DNA from: Octopus vulgaris
Taxonomy: Eukaryota
Assembly: GCA_951406725.2 (NCBI GenBank)
Contig: OX597815.1
Span: forward strand, 132,556,001-132,620,000
Length of the DNA stretch: 64,000 bases
Direction of reading: 5' to 3'
The position numbers and the translations under genes are program-made. Positions 1-13,660 of the stretch are shown piece by piece. The notes under the pieces are model-generated. The model did not search any database, was not told the DNA's origin, and saw only the letters and a list, made by a program, of their open reading frames with translations. Each line of letters starts with the position of its first letter. The stretch's first letter is position 1.

Positions 1-189
1 TACTCGGCCACTGTCATATTAAATCAACGGCTAGAGGTTTCAGTCGCTCGGACGATTAAATGCTTCTCGTTAATAAATAAATAAATAAAATCCGATGCTG
101 TCGCGATTGTCATAATCTCTCACCATCGTCATTATTATTTTTACCATCATAATCGTCGTTTTATTCGCTTTCATCGACGTCGTCATAAT

Positions 190-401
190 CTTTTCGTCTT
201 CATCATAATCATCATCATCATTATCATCATCTTCAACATCATCATCATCATAACCATCATAACCATCATTATCATCATCATCATCATCATCATCCTCATC
301 ATCATCACCATCATCATCTTCATAACCATCATCATCGTCATCATCTCATCATCATCATCGTCATCATCATCATCATCATCATCACCACCATCATCATCAT
401 T
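190..401. repeat. Imperfect (ATC)n microsatellite
   Basis: Direct reading: long catcatcat run with interruptions. Confidence 0.95.
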
Positions 402-683
402 ACAGTAGAGGCAATGGCATTAGAGCGGTGATTTTGTTGCTACTTGTGTTTCCTGAAAGAATTATGAACTTTAAGTTGTGTCTTAAAGAATGCCAGCTTG
501 CTATAACATTGGCATTTCTCTATAATAATATAAGATTTTGTAACTCATTAAAAGTAGCCGCTGAGCGTATTGCTCCTGTTTCACTTCAACGAGATAAATC
601 ATATTTAAGCTGAACTCTAGTGGATTGTTTTGTCATTTATACTGTAACCATTTTCCTTTGTTTCTTCTCAATCTTTTATTTTT

Positions 684-890
684 TACTTGTCTCACTCATT
701 GGACTGCGGACATGCTGGCGCATCACTATGAATGATCTTGTAAAACGAATTAACACCAATGCTTATTCTTAGGTCTGGTACTTATTCCATCGGTCCTTTT
801 TGCCGAACCGTTGTGTGACAGAGGCAAGAGCAAATCAACATTGGTTGGCAAGTGGTGGTGGAGAAAAAGAGAACCAAAACGACAGACACT
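684..890 (-). mobile_element. SINE family A, partial degenerate copy (3' half)
   Basis: Similar to 1305-1485, 19988-20175 and 62358-62530 (gactgcgg..catgctgg..cac; tacttatt..atcggtc..ttttgccgaaccg). Confidence 0.7.
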
Positions 891-911
891 CATATCTATA
901 TATATATATGA

Positions 912-965
<54 letters not shown>

Positions 966-971
<6 letters not shown>

Positions 972-1273
972 ATCACGTGACCGACCAAGCTATCAGATGT
1001 TGCTACACATCGCTGGTCACAATGCGCTTCGCATTGTTTAAGCCTTCAAATTACGCCACCCCGCTGGCTAAGCGAGCAGGCCAACAGAAGAAAGAGTGGG
1101 AGAAAGTTGTGGCGAAAGGGTACGGCAGGAATCGCCACCACCCCCTGCCGAAGTCTCGTGGAGCTTTAGGTGTTTTCGCTCAATAAACACTCACAACGCC
1201 CGGTCTGGGAATCAAAACCGCGATCCTACGACCGCGAGTCCGCTGCCCTAACCACTGGGTCATTGCGCCTCCA
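966..1273 (-). mobile_element. tRNA-derived SINE, apparently full length
   Basis: Minus strand starts ggaggcgcaatgacccagtggttagggcagcggactcgcggtcgtaggatcgcggttttgattcccaga, a tRNA-like head with A-box and degenerate B-box. Flanked by (TA)n. Confidence 0.75.
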
Positions 1274-1304
1274 CATATATATATTGCTCTTTTAATCTTT
1301 TTAA

Positions 1305-1511
1305 TTGTTTCAGTCATTTGACTGCCTCCGTGCTGAAACACCACCATTAGTCGAACTAATTGATCCCAGGACTTATTCTCTGTAAGCCAAGTACTTTCTC
1401 TATCAGTCTCTTTTGCCGAACCGCTAAGTTATGGGGACGTAAACACACCAACATCGGTTGGTGGTGGTGGGAAAATACAGACACTTACATACATATATAT
1501 ATATACGCATA

Positions 1512-1552
<41 letters not shown>

Positions 1553-1713
1553 CGGGCTTCTTTCAGTTTTCGTCTACCAAATCCACTCATAAGGCATTGG
1601 TCGGCCCGAGGCTATTGTAGAAGACACTTGCCCAACGTACCACGCAGTGGGACTGAACCCGGAAAAATGTGGTAGGAAAGCAAGCTTCTTACCACACAGC
1701 CACTCCTGTGCCT
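1305..1713 (-). mobile_element. SINE family A (tRNA head, CORE-like ttgggcaagtgtc segment, internal (TA)n), full length
   Basis: Minus-strand head aggcacaggagtggctgtgtggtaagaagcttgc...ccgggttcagtccc. Near-identical copies at 19988-20353 and 62358-62754. Confidence 0.85.
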
Positions 1714-4190
1714 ACACACACACACACAAACATAAACATGCGCGCTCACACATATATCTATCTATACATACATACGTACGTACGTACGACGGGCTTAGAA
1801 GCAGTGTCCGTCAATCAGATTCACTCACAAGGTCTTGTCGGAGCGGAATGAGCCCAAAACCACGTGGTAATCAGCTAACATTAACACTAAAATACATCTC
1901 ACGCGCTCTTATATTTTGATTATTCTGTCACAAGAATTTGAATCATATGTCTGTCTCTTCAAATCTCTACGTTCACCACTACAATCACTTCAGACATAGA
2001 TGGTCTACAACAGTTATCGTCGCTCATTTTGTTTTTACACTGAGAAAAATAAAAAATAAAAAAATAAAACAAGAAGTATCCGTATTTACACTCATTTTAA
2101 GTATATTTTAATTATAAAACAACATATAACGATTTATTGCCTTTGGAAAAGCATGAACAACAAAAAATCGCATTTCATCTTTACGAATTCATGATATCGT
2201 ACATGAATAAGAAATCAAACATGAAACTAAATTAGCGATACGTTAATTTCGGCTTATTAAGGTAGAGATTTGAATTTCACTATGTTGAAATACTTTTTAC
2301 AATAGTGATAAAAGCTTCTACCATAGAACGATAATGGGAATATTGAATTAATCTATTTGATTTAATGATGGTCAAAAGGAATCGGGAAGTTCTCTATTGT
2401 ACTACTGATAATAGTGAAAGGACCGAATCCAATTTAAGAGCAACCAACAGAATTCAAAGTTCGTTTGAGTGGTCCGTTGTGTATCATTTAAGCAGTGCAA
2501 GCTATAACATTTAAAGACTGAACAAATTAATGTTACTTTCTTTTGCTTTTATAAGCAATACAGTTAATCAATGTTGTTAATCAGGGAGAAACTGATGTAT
2601 ATTGGATTTTATGTAAAGATCTGGTCATGTGATTGCATACGTAAGCATTGAGTCATGCACAATAAACAAATCGATATCAACAAAAGTATTTTCCAGAGGG
2701 GAATATGAATAATTAATCACTTTATTCCCTTTCTCTTCATATTTAGTTGGAATTTAGTAAAACGCGACGTAGTTGATACATTGCAAAGTATGAACGAATT
2801 TTTACACTAATGATTGTATATCCTTATGTACACAGAGCACACATCACATATCTCTTTGCATATCTCTCATTTATGTTGTTATCTATTTATGCATGCTGTT
2901 TTCTCTGTATATGTACAAATGTTTTTCTGAGTGTGTCTGTGAGTGTGTACATGTGTGTATGTGTGTGTTTGTATACGTATGCGTTTGTGCTTGCATGGAT
3001 GTTGTATTTGTGCTCTGTATATGCATGTACGAGCCTGTTATTACAAGTTGCTCTTTTGCTGTCACGCGGTCAGTATTTCTATAAGTTATATGTCATCTTT
3101 CCTTCCAACAGAATATTATACATAAAATAAATAATATACAGCAAACAATACACGTTTGGGGGTTTTGTGTTTTATTGTTTAATTCGTGTGTTTGGTATGT
3201 TTATGAATCTAAGAATATGTGCAATCTTGTATACGCATTTGAAATGTCACTCTAGTAATCTCCGAATTGTTATATATTATCAAAGTTGTTTTTCTTCTAT
3301 CAAGTAGCTTATTATTTTAGCTGTTTCTGTCATGTTGATATCGCTTTCATATTATTTTATTTGCTCCCCATTGAAAGCATAGCTACCCAGTCAGATACCC
3401 ATTGTATGCATATAAATAAATACGCGCATAAAGGCATGCGCGCTCAACCACGCATGCATGTATGCGTGTATGTCTGCTATATGCATGCATGTGTTTATAT
3501 GTTTGCATGAGTATGTACATGCATGCATGTAATTACATGTTATATGATATTATTAGTATTATACAGGGCAGATATATATAATATATAATATACTATACAA
3601 TAAACTATACAGTTCTCTACATTATTAAAAGTGAGTAGAGCTTTCAAACGAGATATTTCAATGAAGTTGCTCTAAGTTAGATCACTACAAAATAACAACA
3701 AATGATAAACAAGCACAAAAAGTTAAATATCCCTATTAAGCAGTCGGCAAAGAAAATGATCCGAGAATAACACTATGTTTCATTTTAAATTTTACGAGTT
3801 TCTCTAGCGTCTGAGTTTGATCAGCCTACTGATTTCTAATCTCCATGTGTATCATTGCTCGGCATCTCAGACAGCGTTTTCGAAGAGTATACTTGTATTT
3901 TGAATTGGATGGAACTTTATGATGTGATGCAATAGTCTTCAACATGTCAGAGATATAGTCTGAACGTCTGGAGTTCTGTGCACTATGAAATGTGGATAGA
4001 GGCGACAGAAGGAGGAGAAATATAGGAGTCGATTAGCAACAGTAGACATTGGAGAATAGTCATTAGTGAGCGATGTCTTGTTAAGCTCTCGATGGCTTCA
4101 TCTTGATGTTGTCGAAAGCGTCAGATATACAGTAGCTGCACACGTCATATGTAACTTCAGTATCATACTGTGGAATATCGATGTATATGT

Positions 4191-4237
<47 letters not shown>

Positions 4238-4745
4238 TATGTTTGTGTCTGTGTGTGTATTTGAATGTCCGTGTGTGTATATATATATATATGAGTGTTT
4301 GTGAGTGACTTGCATGTTTGTGTATTGCTGTGGTCAAATTACGCTCGAAATTAAGGCTTATTCGATTCCTTAAATTCGCGACAAAGCAGGCCTGGTGGGA
4401 GAGATATTTATGTTACATGCAGATTAAGGTTGTGGAAGTTTGGTAAATGGTGAAATGGTATCATCGGCATGTGACTATGGATTTTTGAAGTAAAAGCTTA
4501 TAAGTCGACAATATACAGGTGAAAGATCGCATGAAAAAATAATCAAATATAAGGTTAAACCAATTGTAACATGAGTGAACACACTGGAAGACATTCTCTT
4601 AATGGTACGGAAGATAAATGGGGCGAATTAAATACGAGATTCACTTTTAGACATAGTTAAAACCCTTGCTGTTATTGATAAGAAAATTGCCTTAGAAGGA
4701 ATTGTAACAGCCGAGGAACTACTAATTCGTATTGTTACTCGCTCT

Positions 4746-4753
4746 TATATAAG
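4746..4753 (+). promoter_or_regulatory. Candidate TATA box for the peptide precursor gene
   Basis: TATATAAG in non-microsatellite context about 1.6 kb upstream of the first coding exon, whose acceptor implies an upstream non-coding exon. Candidate donors at 4861, 5574 and 5787 (CAG|GTGCGT). Confidence 0.25.
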
Positions 4754-5915
4754 CCCCGACTGAGCAGGCATATCACGAACATTTTACTGCTGCAACGATC
4801 ATTTGTATCGCTTTCAGGCATCGTTGATATTATTCGATTGGTTTTTCCTTTAAGAACACAGTAATTTGTAATCTGAGAAAATAGTTGAAAGTTAAGAAAC
4901 GTAGAATAGTTAGCGATGTTCTGTCCCTTGAAAATAGGACACACTCTTTGCATAGGTTGGAAAACACCCATATAGCGGTTTCTCCTTCTACAAAAATAGT
5001 AGAGTGCATTATGAAGAAGTGGTAGCTAAATTTAGCAAGAAGCCGTAGATAGACCTTCCTGTTTACGCTTGAGAACAAGAATGTTACATGTGCGATCAGT
5101 TCTCCGGTATATGCGGCTTCACTGAGATTCTATTGGTGGTATCTGAGAAAAGTAAGACGGCAAAATGAATAGAGTTGTTTGTTCTTTACATTTGTCTCAC
5201 TTGTTGAAAGACTTGTTGAAAGAGAAACACGTTAGGGCTTACGATGTCAGAGCTCCTTGGAAATAGGACAGACGCTTTCCGTACTTTGGAAAAGAGCCTA
5301 TGGGTAAAATAAATTAAGGTAAAGTAAGACAAGGGTACCGTTAATCTCAGAAAGAGACCGTTTCAGAAGGGGTGGGTGCCTATTCTTATAGATGAGTGAA
5401 CTCCACGTCCGTAGTTAGGATTCTTGATCAAAGATAAATTATTACAACGACAAGACATGAACCAAACAAGCATTTACTGATTATATCAACATTATACCGA
5501 TTCAGCATTACACGGCTCGCTTGTAATCAATGATACATCAATAGACATTTACTCAGCGTACCAATTAAAACAGGTACTTGAAGTTTCTAAGTTATTTGAT
5601 CGATGTCATACGATTCACAGCTATTCCGCTTTGTTATCTGTCAACTCAGCAGTTTGTTTTATTGTGTGTGCATTTGTTTGCATTCTCGATGTTCTAAGAC
5701 CCAACCCGTTGACAACTGTTTAACTGCTAAACCCTGAGCAATCTATTGTGCATTCAGATATTCATTTGCACAATCAATTATATCAGGTGCGTCAAAGTAG
5801 AATTTCAATAAATATCAAGTTTATATACGCCCACGTATACGCATATACACACGCTAGCACGCGCGCGCTCACTTTCCTGTACTAATACACACACTCTCAC
5901 ATACATGCTCTCACA

Positions 5916-5958
<43 letters not shown>

Positions 5959-6171
5959 CTACACACCTAAATATATATTAGAATATATCGAAGCACACAC
6001 AGCTATGCCTTCAACAACCCCGACATTATTTGCCTTGTAATAAAATTTGAAGCCAAATATATATATATATATATATACGCACATGCACACATGCACATAT
6101 ATATGTGTACATACATACATTTATATATATACATTTATAAACACACCTACATATATAATGTGTAAAGGAAT

Positions 6172-6172
<1 letters not shown>

Positions 6173-6254
<82 letters not shown>
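6173..6254. repeat. (AGAT)n microsatellite
   Basis: Perfect tetranucleotide run. Confidence 0.95.
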
Positions 6255-6255
<1 letters not shown>

Positions 6256-6334
6256 CTTTTGAACATAAGAAACAAGTTATTCACACTGTTTAACCTTTCG
6301 TTTTCTCTTTTCTTCTTCAGTTTTCTGCCGTCAC

Positions 6335-6413
6335 ATGGAGTCAAAGACAATTTTATCAGGACTCTCTCTACTTAGTGCTTTACTCATCGTCTGCCTCGCT
6401 GGAGCGGTATACG
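6335..6413 (+). CDS. Coding exon 1 of a putative neuropeptide/secreted-peptide precursor: signal peptide MESKTILSGLSLLSALLIVCLAGAVY(A)
   Basis: Long polypyrimidine acceptor (ttttctcttttcttcttcag, AG at 6319-6320), ATG at 6335, basic N-region, hydrophobic core, and V-Y-A fitting the -3/-1 rule once spliced. Phase-1 donor G|GTAACT at 6414. Confidence 0.82.
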
Positions 6414-6817
6414 GTAACTTCATCTTCTATACTACGCTTCTAAGTGTACACGCTTACAAATTTTGTATATTTGGGTCACACTGTGTTTTTGAGTAATAGT
6501 TGCCATTATGAAATTGTAACTCATGTTTAGTTAAATATTTTCTTGTTATAAACTTTAATATGATTTCTTTCTTCCCTGGAAAAAATCTCCCAAGAAAATT
6601 ATCTGCAATTATTTACAGATATGTCGTCGTGGCACTCCGTCGGTTACGACGATGAGGGTTCCAGTTGATCATGATCAACTGGAACCCTTGGGGCCAAGGA
6701 GACGAGAATAGTGGGTAACGCTCAGAAAATGTCTTGCAAGATGGAGAACGGAGAGAATTTGCGACTTGTCAGATATGTGTCTGTGTGTGTGTATATATGT
6801 ATGTGTGTGTGTGTGTG

Positions 6818-6871
<54 letters not shown>

Positions 6872-8589
6872 CTGTGTGTACATTTGTTTCAGTTTATAAA
6901 ATGTGGGGTGAAAGTATTCAACAAAATAGCACTTTGTATTCATTTACTTAAAGTTAGTGTTTCCGTGTCGCAGTTTCTGCGGTTCTGCGGATCCTAAATT
7001 AAAACGAAGGCCAACTCAGATAATTGAATCTCGGGATTTAAAGTAACTGCGCAGACCCCAACTACCCCTCGAATAAAGGAACCTGTATATGTGTGTGTGT
7101 ACGTGTTTGTGTGTTTTCCTCTGAGAAATCAGGCAGGCAATGTTTTGTGTATTATATTTATTAAGAATTTAAATGTTAATCACGTAAATTATATTTCACA
7201 ATATAATTGTTTTGCAACATTTTTTCGTCCTTAGCCACAAAACAAGAAAGAAAAGTAATTAACTAACTCAAGTACATTCAACTGTTGCAACCTATTCTTA
7301 TTGTTACGCAGGACACAATCGCAATTTCTTTGTTAACAAGCGTATAAAAGTAATGATTAAATTAATAAATCACTTTTCTAAAGAACAATTCATATCAGTC
7401 AAGAAGATAGTTATCGTTCCGCCAGTTCTTTATTTATCTTGCGATTAGCTGACATTGAATACTCTTATATACCTTTCTATTTAATGAAATGAAGAGTAAA
7501 GCGCATTTGAGACAATCATCTCGCCTTTCTGTATGTGAGCTGTAGTACTCAAGACCAGGTACGGAATGTAGCTTATTTCTGTACTGATACGTGCCCAAGA
7601 CGAATTGCCAGAGATGAACACGTATCGAAATGGGACATTGCTAATGAAATAGCAAAAGAAATTATGTGGTATGATGGGAGCAGGCACATTTCAATATAAG
7701 CTACATTTTAAAATGTTCGGGGTATGATAACTGCTAGTGTATGAAATGAATTCTTTGCGGAACTTTGATAAGATTCTATAAACTCCCAGTTTATAATGCG
7801 AATGTAATTGATTTTAAAATACCAAATATTATAAGTTAATGTCAAAGTGAGCCACCTATATTAATAGTAGTTTGAAGAGAAAGAGAACATGTGTTATTGA
7901 GAAGTAGAACTGTTTAAGGCTTCGGATATTTGATATACTTCAACGAGTGAGAAACAATTAAAGAGTTTGAGTTGAACAAAAAGATACAAGAACATTTGAA
8001 GAATGAACTTTGAGTGGACAGGAAAGAACCAATATGCGGATGAATGGTGTGGAAAGAGATATGCATGGCGTGGGGGTAGTCAGATATTAAAGGAATCAAC
8101 ACGTAGGACAGTGATGATCAAAGTAGTGGCTGAGGTAGGGAAAAAGGTGAGATGGCTGTCCAGAAACGGCAGGAAACTTACGACAAAGAAATATAATTGC
8201 AATCACAAGGTGAATTGTAATTATATAAGAATAGCGTTCAGTGTGCTTAGAGCCATGGATTATGAAGTATTTGTAGGATAACTATAAATAAAATTGAAAG
8301 GGTTAGTAAGCTGTTAGGAACTGGGCTATTATGATTTGGAGAATAGATGTAGATCAACAGTGTAGTTGTCCATAGTGAGACTTATGGAGAGTGCGGAGGG
8401 TTGATGATAAAATAATAGCATGTATTGTAACTATAAACATACACCCACACATATCTACACGCGGCACAGATACATTCACAGACACACACGCAAACATACA
8501 GACCTGTACTTACGAATGCATAATTGTATATACACATACACCCATATACATATATATACATGCACAAAATCATATATATATATATATGA

Positions 8590-8880
8590 TGGACTCTCCC
8601 TTCGTTAGACAACCTATGAGGGATCGACAATTTCTTACCGAACAATCACACATATGAATTGTTTATAGTGATCAAATGTTTGTGTAGACATAAGCTCATC
8701 CCCTCCATCAGATTGACATTACCTGTACAGGTGCAACGGGTGCCACGTGTTAGATGTCGAAATGATCGCTGAGCAACTTGAAATGAAGTGCTTTGTTCAA
8801 GAACACAACACAACGCACTATCTGGGGAGCGAACCCACGATCTCGCAATCGTGAGTACAACACCTTAACTACCAAGCCAT
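8590..8880 (-). mobile_element. Degenerate tRNA-derived SINE
   Basis: Minus-strand head atggcttggtagttaaggtgttgtactcacgattgcgagatcgtgggttcgctccc followed by gttgtgttcttgaacaaagcacttcatttca, matching the head of the + copy at 21225. Confidence 0.6.
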
Positions 8881-10302
8881 ACTTATAAACGCACAAAAAC
8901 GTATATATACAGCAATACATAGCTAATTCCTAGAACGTGATACGATCTTTGGTGCCTAGGGGCGAGGAAGATGATAGAATGAAGCATACGTTTTCCTTTG
9001 TACTTCCTGATAAGACGTTTTTGTACTTTTACTGACGTCACATCGCTAGATTCTCCGGAGTCTGTGGTTTTTCGAATTAAATGACAAACTTGGCGATGTT
9101 CAAACTATCGATCAATTCTGTAAATATCCTTCAAAGTTCTTTTATCTCACTAAGCATATATCAAACGACTTTCATATTTGCCAATAGTAGATGACATTCA
9201 GTTGAATGTATATCTGTCAAAGTGACCTATATTTTTATAATAGATTTTTAGTATCTAGATGACAACAACCGGCAACGTTAAAAACAGCTTATGTCTGATT
9301 CATGCTGATACAATGATCAACTTTTGGGGTGTAATTTTCTCCTCAAAAGTTGATTGTACATAAAATATGATTTCTTTATATTATAAAATTATTAGATCTA
9401 AATTTATGTTACTGATGCAGTATTTAATGTAAGTGAAGGATTCTTTCAGCTTATAATTTTATATGGCATATGTACTGCCTTTATATAACATACAATCGAC
9501 AGGTGAATTCATCTTCAAAGATTTTCTGCACGATACTGTCATTAAAACAACGACAATATGAACAACAATACAAAGTATGGTAATAAATGTGTAGGTTTCT
9601 CTGTGATAAGGTACAACGCTGGGATTTAAAAAATGAAGCAAAGAAGACATTTAAAGGAAGGATGCTAAGACACAGATGATAATAATGAACAATTGTGAAC
9701 TTCATCGGAATATAATTTTGATAGAATTTTAACAAAATTTATCAAATCATCTCAATTTTTCTCTGACAAAAATCTAAAATACATCATAAGTTAATGATAA
9801 TGTGTAAGAGAGAAAAAAAGACAACATATTTGCAGATTGATACATTTTATTATCGACTCTCTCGACGAATAAAAGCTAAATTGAAATTTGAGTGCATCAG
9901 CTTTGAACTTAGAATCCAACAAATACGTACGCAAATACTTCAAGATGTTCTGTTCAACGCTCTACCAACTTACCGTATATTGCCTCATAATAACATTGAA
10001 ATCTTTTATAGAATCCTAGTGCATTGTCATACAATCTGGGAATGACATTAGTTAATTAAACAGACTATGCTATGTAATTAATTGTTAATTATTGACTCCG
10101 GAAAGATGAAATGCTAATTTATCCCGGTGGGATTTTGAACACAAAGATAAAATGATGTAACTAATTGGTGCAGTTCAATAGTTCTGATGTAATTGACATT
10201 GTCACTTGTCGTTGATTGTCTTCAATATTATTACAACGATAGCAACAACTATAATAATGATATACATACATGCATTCATACATATATACATATATAGATG
10301 CA

Positions 10303-10336
<34 letters not shown>

Positions 10337-10439
10337 CATACATACATATCCCTGAGTCGTGATATAGTCGTAAAGAGTATTTAGAAAGTTATCTGTAGAA
10401 AAGTTTACCTGACATATGTACCAGAGGCGTGTCAGAACC

Positions 10440-11035
10440 TGCATGCATTCACACCTTCAAAAACAAAGAATACAGGTGAAACAACCCCAATCAACTCAGT
10501 GCAAAAACAACAGAGCTGATATTGTTCTGTGAAACAGAGAACAAAATTCATGCATTGTCGTTGAGGTCAGCTGCCCAGCAGATGTGAATGTACAAACAAA
10601 GGTGCAGGAAAAAGAGATCATTTAAAGCAAATTAATGCGGAACGTACAGCTCTTGTACCGCGAATATGAATTTATTTGTACCCACAATTAGTTATTTGAA
10701 GCCATAGTTACATGTACATTAGGTTATGCACCAATAAATTTGCTCAAAAACGTAGAGATACTTGGTTTCATGGCGAAAAAGCAAAAGAAACTCACACGGA
10801 TTCGCGAAATTCAATTTATTTGTGGCATCGTGAAGATTTGGAACAGTGAAGATTTGGCAACATTCTAAAAGATATCTATCTGAGATTTTTTTCACGAATT
10901 GATGCTTATACTTGGGTGAATGCATCGAGAGTTCAACAAACACATCAATTCAATTACATATTTACAAATACTGGGAACTCTCCTAACTGAAAAAGTTCTG
11001 TCACTTTGTTAGAGACCGGTTTGAACTCTCTCAAG
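10440..11035 (+). mobile_element. R4/Dong-type non-LTR retrotransposon 3' fragment (restriction-like endonuclease region), decayed
   Basis: Reads KNNRADIVL*NREQNSCIVVEVSCPADVNVQTKVQEKE, the RPD...D/E..P REL motif also seen in other copies in this window. Confidence 0.7.
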
Positions 11036-11079
11036 AGGAACTTAAATAAAACTCAAAGGAAAACCATACATATGATATT

Positions 11080-11142
<63 letters not shown>

Positions 11143-11299
11143 TATTAAGGGTTTCTACTTTAGAAATGAGGCCTGCAATTTTGCCTGGAGGTAAGTAGTC
11201 GATTGGAACAAGCTCAGTTCTTCACCGATAATTTATTATTTAGACTCCCGAATGATAATAGCAAGAACAGCAATTTTAAATATAGCCATAAACGCTTGA

Positions 11300-12340
11300 G
11301 TTTCTCGTAGATAAAGTACGGAGCTGAGATTCTTGGAAAAAAGGAGCGAAGAGGTTAGGACAGGTGCAAAACACGTAAGATAGTGATGCTGCATGGTGAA
11401 CTGCATCGTAAACTTATCTTACCGTATATGTATTACACAGAGGGAAGACATTTTATAAACTACAAAATCTGTATAAAAATTGAACAAAATAGCATTGATT
11501 GGACTTGAAACACGAAGTTAAGTGCTTAAAGATATAAGTAAACACATTCTACAAGCTGAAAATTGCATTGCAAAGAATTATTATGGGGGAAAATGGTAGA
11601 TGAAGCTTAAGAAGTGGATCGATAAACTTGTGCATCGCCAATAGTTACGAGACACGTTAGCTGGATTAGGTAAGCATGCATCATTGGAATGGATGCGAGC
11701 ATCACACCTTAATGTTGAAAACGAAAGAATCCCTAGAGTCTAATTGTGTGAAATATAACGTCCGCACAACCATAGAGTTACCATTGCCTAAGGTATGTCA
11801 AATGAAAGGACAGTTAAATACAATGAAACTGAATCCAGTTCAAAAGATATATATATAAAGAAAAACAAAAGAAAATATGACTACATTGCTGGGATTGTAC
11901 TCTGAAGTTATACGAGAAGAAAATAACTGATCTGAACAGATAATTCCTATGAGCGCTAGCTTGACTCAGTGGTAAACTCAAATGAAGTTAAGCTATTTTG
12001 GTTTTTTAACATCTCATATGTTACGTTACACATGAGAAACGATGATATTGCTATTGTGAAAAAGAAGACACAATGTAGAACAGCAGTGAATCAGAGAGTA
12101 TGTGAAAATAAAAAGAAAACGAGGGGCATCAAGAGTTGAAGATGAACACCTCTCAAACGTTAGGTATGGAAACGTTTTCAGTCATGTATATAATATAGAT
12201 AGTACTTACCTTCTTGGGGATAGTATCATCTAAATTAAATACATGAATAGATAAATTTTGAATTTTGATACATATAGAACATCTCCAATTGACACTCTTA
12301 AGAGTAACTTGGATGCCGAGGAAGGTTCTTGAAATGAAAG
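11300..12340 (+). mobile_element. Highly decayed R4/Dong-type LINE fragment
   Basis: Patchy similarity to 45100-46710 (acgtaagatagtgatgctgcatggtgaactgcatcgtaaa vs LMTLHGALHPK; terminal ggaaggttcttgaaatga). Confidence 0.45.
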
Positions 12341-12452
12341 TGATATAAGGGAATTTTAGTTATTTCTTATATCCCACTTTCTCAACAGAAATAATCAGCA
12401 GAATTTCAGTCTGTTTAAATAATAATAACACTAGTAATAATACTAATAACTG

Positions 12453-12634
12453 TTTCAGATTTTAGCACACGGCGGAAATTTTGGAAGAAGAGGTAAATCG
12501 ATTACATCGGCTCCAGTGCTCAACTGGTGCTTTATTTTATCGACCCCGGAGGAATTTGAACTCAGAACGTAGCGACGGCGAAATACCGTTAAGCATTTAG
12601 CCTGGTATGCTAACGAGTTTGCCAGCTCGCCACC
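12453..12634 (-). mobile_element. SINE family B (~190 bp)
   Basis: gattacatcg..ccagtgctcaactggt..ttattttatcgacccc..ggaatttgaactcagaacgt..gccagctcgcc. Many copies in the window. Confidence 0.8.
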
Positions 12635-12820
<186 letters not shown>

Positions 12821-12821
12821 A

Positions 12822-13475
12822 AGCAAAGTCCAACAAAGGCCGAGAAACTCAGGACTGAAAGCAGTGACTGAAAGAGTTTTAATTGCAGCACAAGACCAAC
12901 GCCTCCCTACCAGAAATTACCAAAAACATGTAATGAAAAGAAATGCAACTGCAGAATATGTAATGGACAAGAAACAATAAACCATATTGTCTTTGGCTGC
13001 CCAGTCCTGGCTAAGAAGGAATATATTCAAAGACACCACTGAGTTGGGACCTATGTATACTGGAAGCTATGCTAAAACTGGAATAATAACACAAAAAGAT
13101 GATATAGGCACATATAATGGGATATGCCAATACACACAGAGAAACTAAGGCCAATAGGTCGGATGTAGTTGCCAGAAATCATGAAGAAAATATGCTTTCT
13201 AATCAATGTATCAATACATACAGATGACGATGTTTCTCTTAAAGAAACGGGGAAAGTTTTCAAAATACAAGGACCTGGAAATAGAGATAACTCGAATGTG
13301 GAACCTAAAAACAGAAACAATTCCTATCATAGTAAGTGCATTAGGTATGATAAAAAAATATTCAGTCAAATATTCAGACAAAAACACCATGACTGACAAG
13401 TATATAACATACCCAAGGTACACAGTGCTATGCTTGGTAGTGCATTGAAAGCACGTGGTAAAATAAGACAACTGA
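12822..13475 (+). mobile_element. R4/Dong-type LINE 3' fragment (CCHC knuckle plus REL endonuclease), frameshifted
   Basis: Reads IAAQDQRLPTRNYQ..CRICNGQETINHIVFGCPVLAKKEYIQRH and FSKYKDLEIEITRMWNLKTETIPIIVSALG. Bounded by (TAA)n on both sides. Confidence 0.85.
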
Positions 13476-13520
<45 letters not shown>

Positions 13521-13522
<2 letters not shown>

Positions 13523-13660
13523 CGTTTAACGTCCGTTTTCCATGCTAGCATGTGTTGGACTGTTTGACCAGTATCTGGGAAGCAAGGAGGCTGCACCAGG
13601 CTCCAGTCTGATCTGGCAGTGTTTCTACAGCTGGATACCCTTCCTAACGCCAACCACTCC
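13521..13660. mobile_element. Short interspersed-repeat fragment inserted in (TAA)n
   Basis: GC-richer 140-bp block with (TAA)n on both sides. Family not identified with certainty. Confidence 0.4.

Noticed and set aside
7900-8400. Possible ancient LINE fragment (purine-rich + strand)
   Set aside because: No unambiguous protein motif recoverable by eye.
9033-9040. Full CRE palindrome TGACGTCA in intron 1
   Set aside because: A single 8-mer is expected by chance in 64 kb; no other support.
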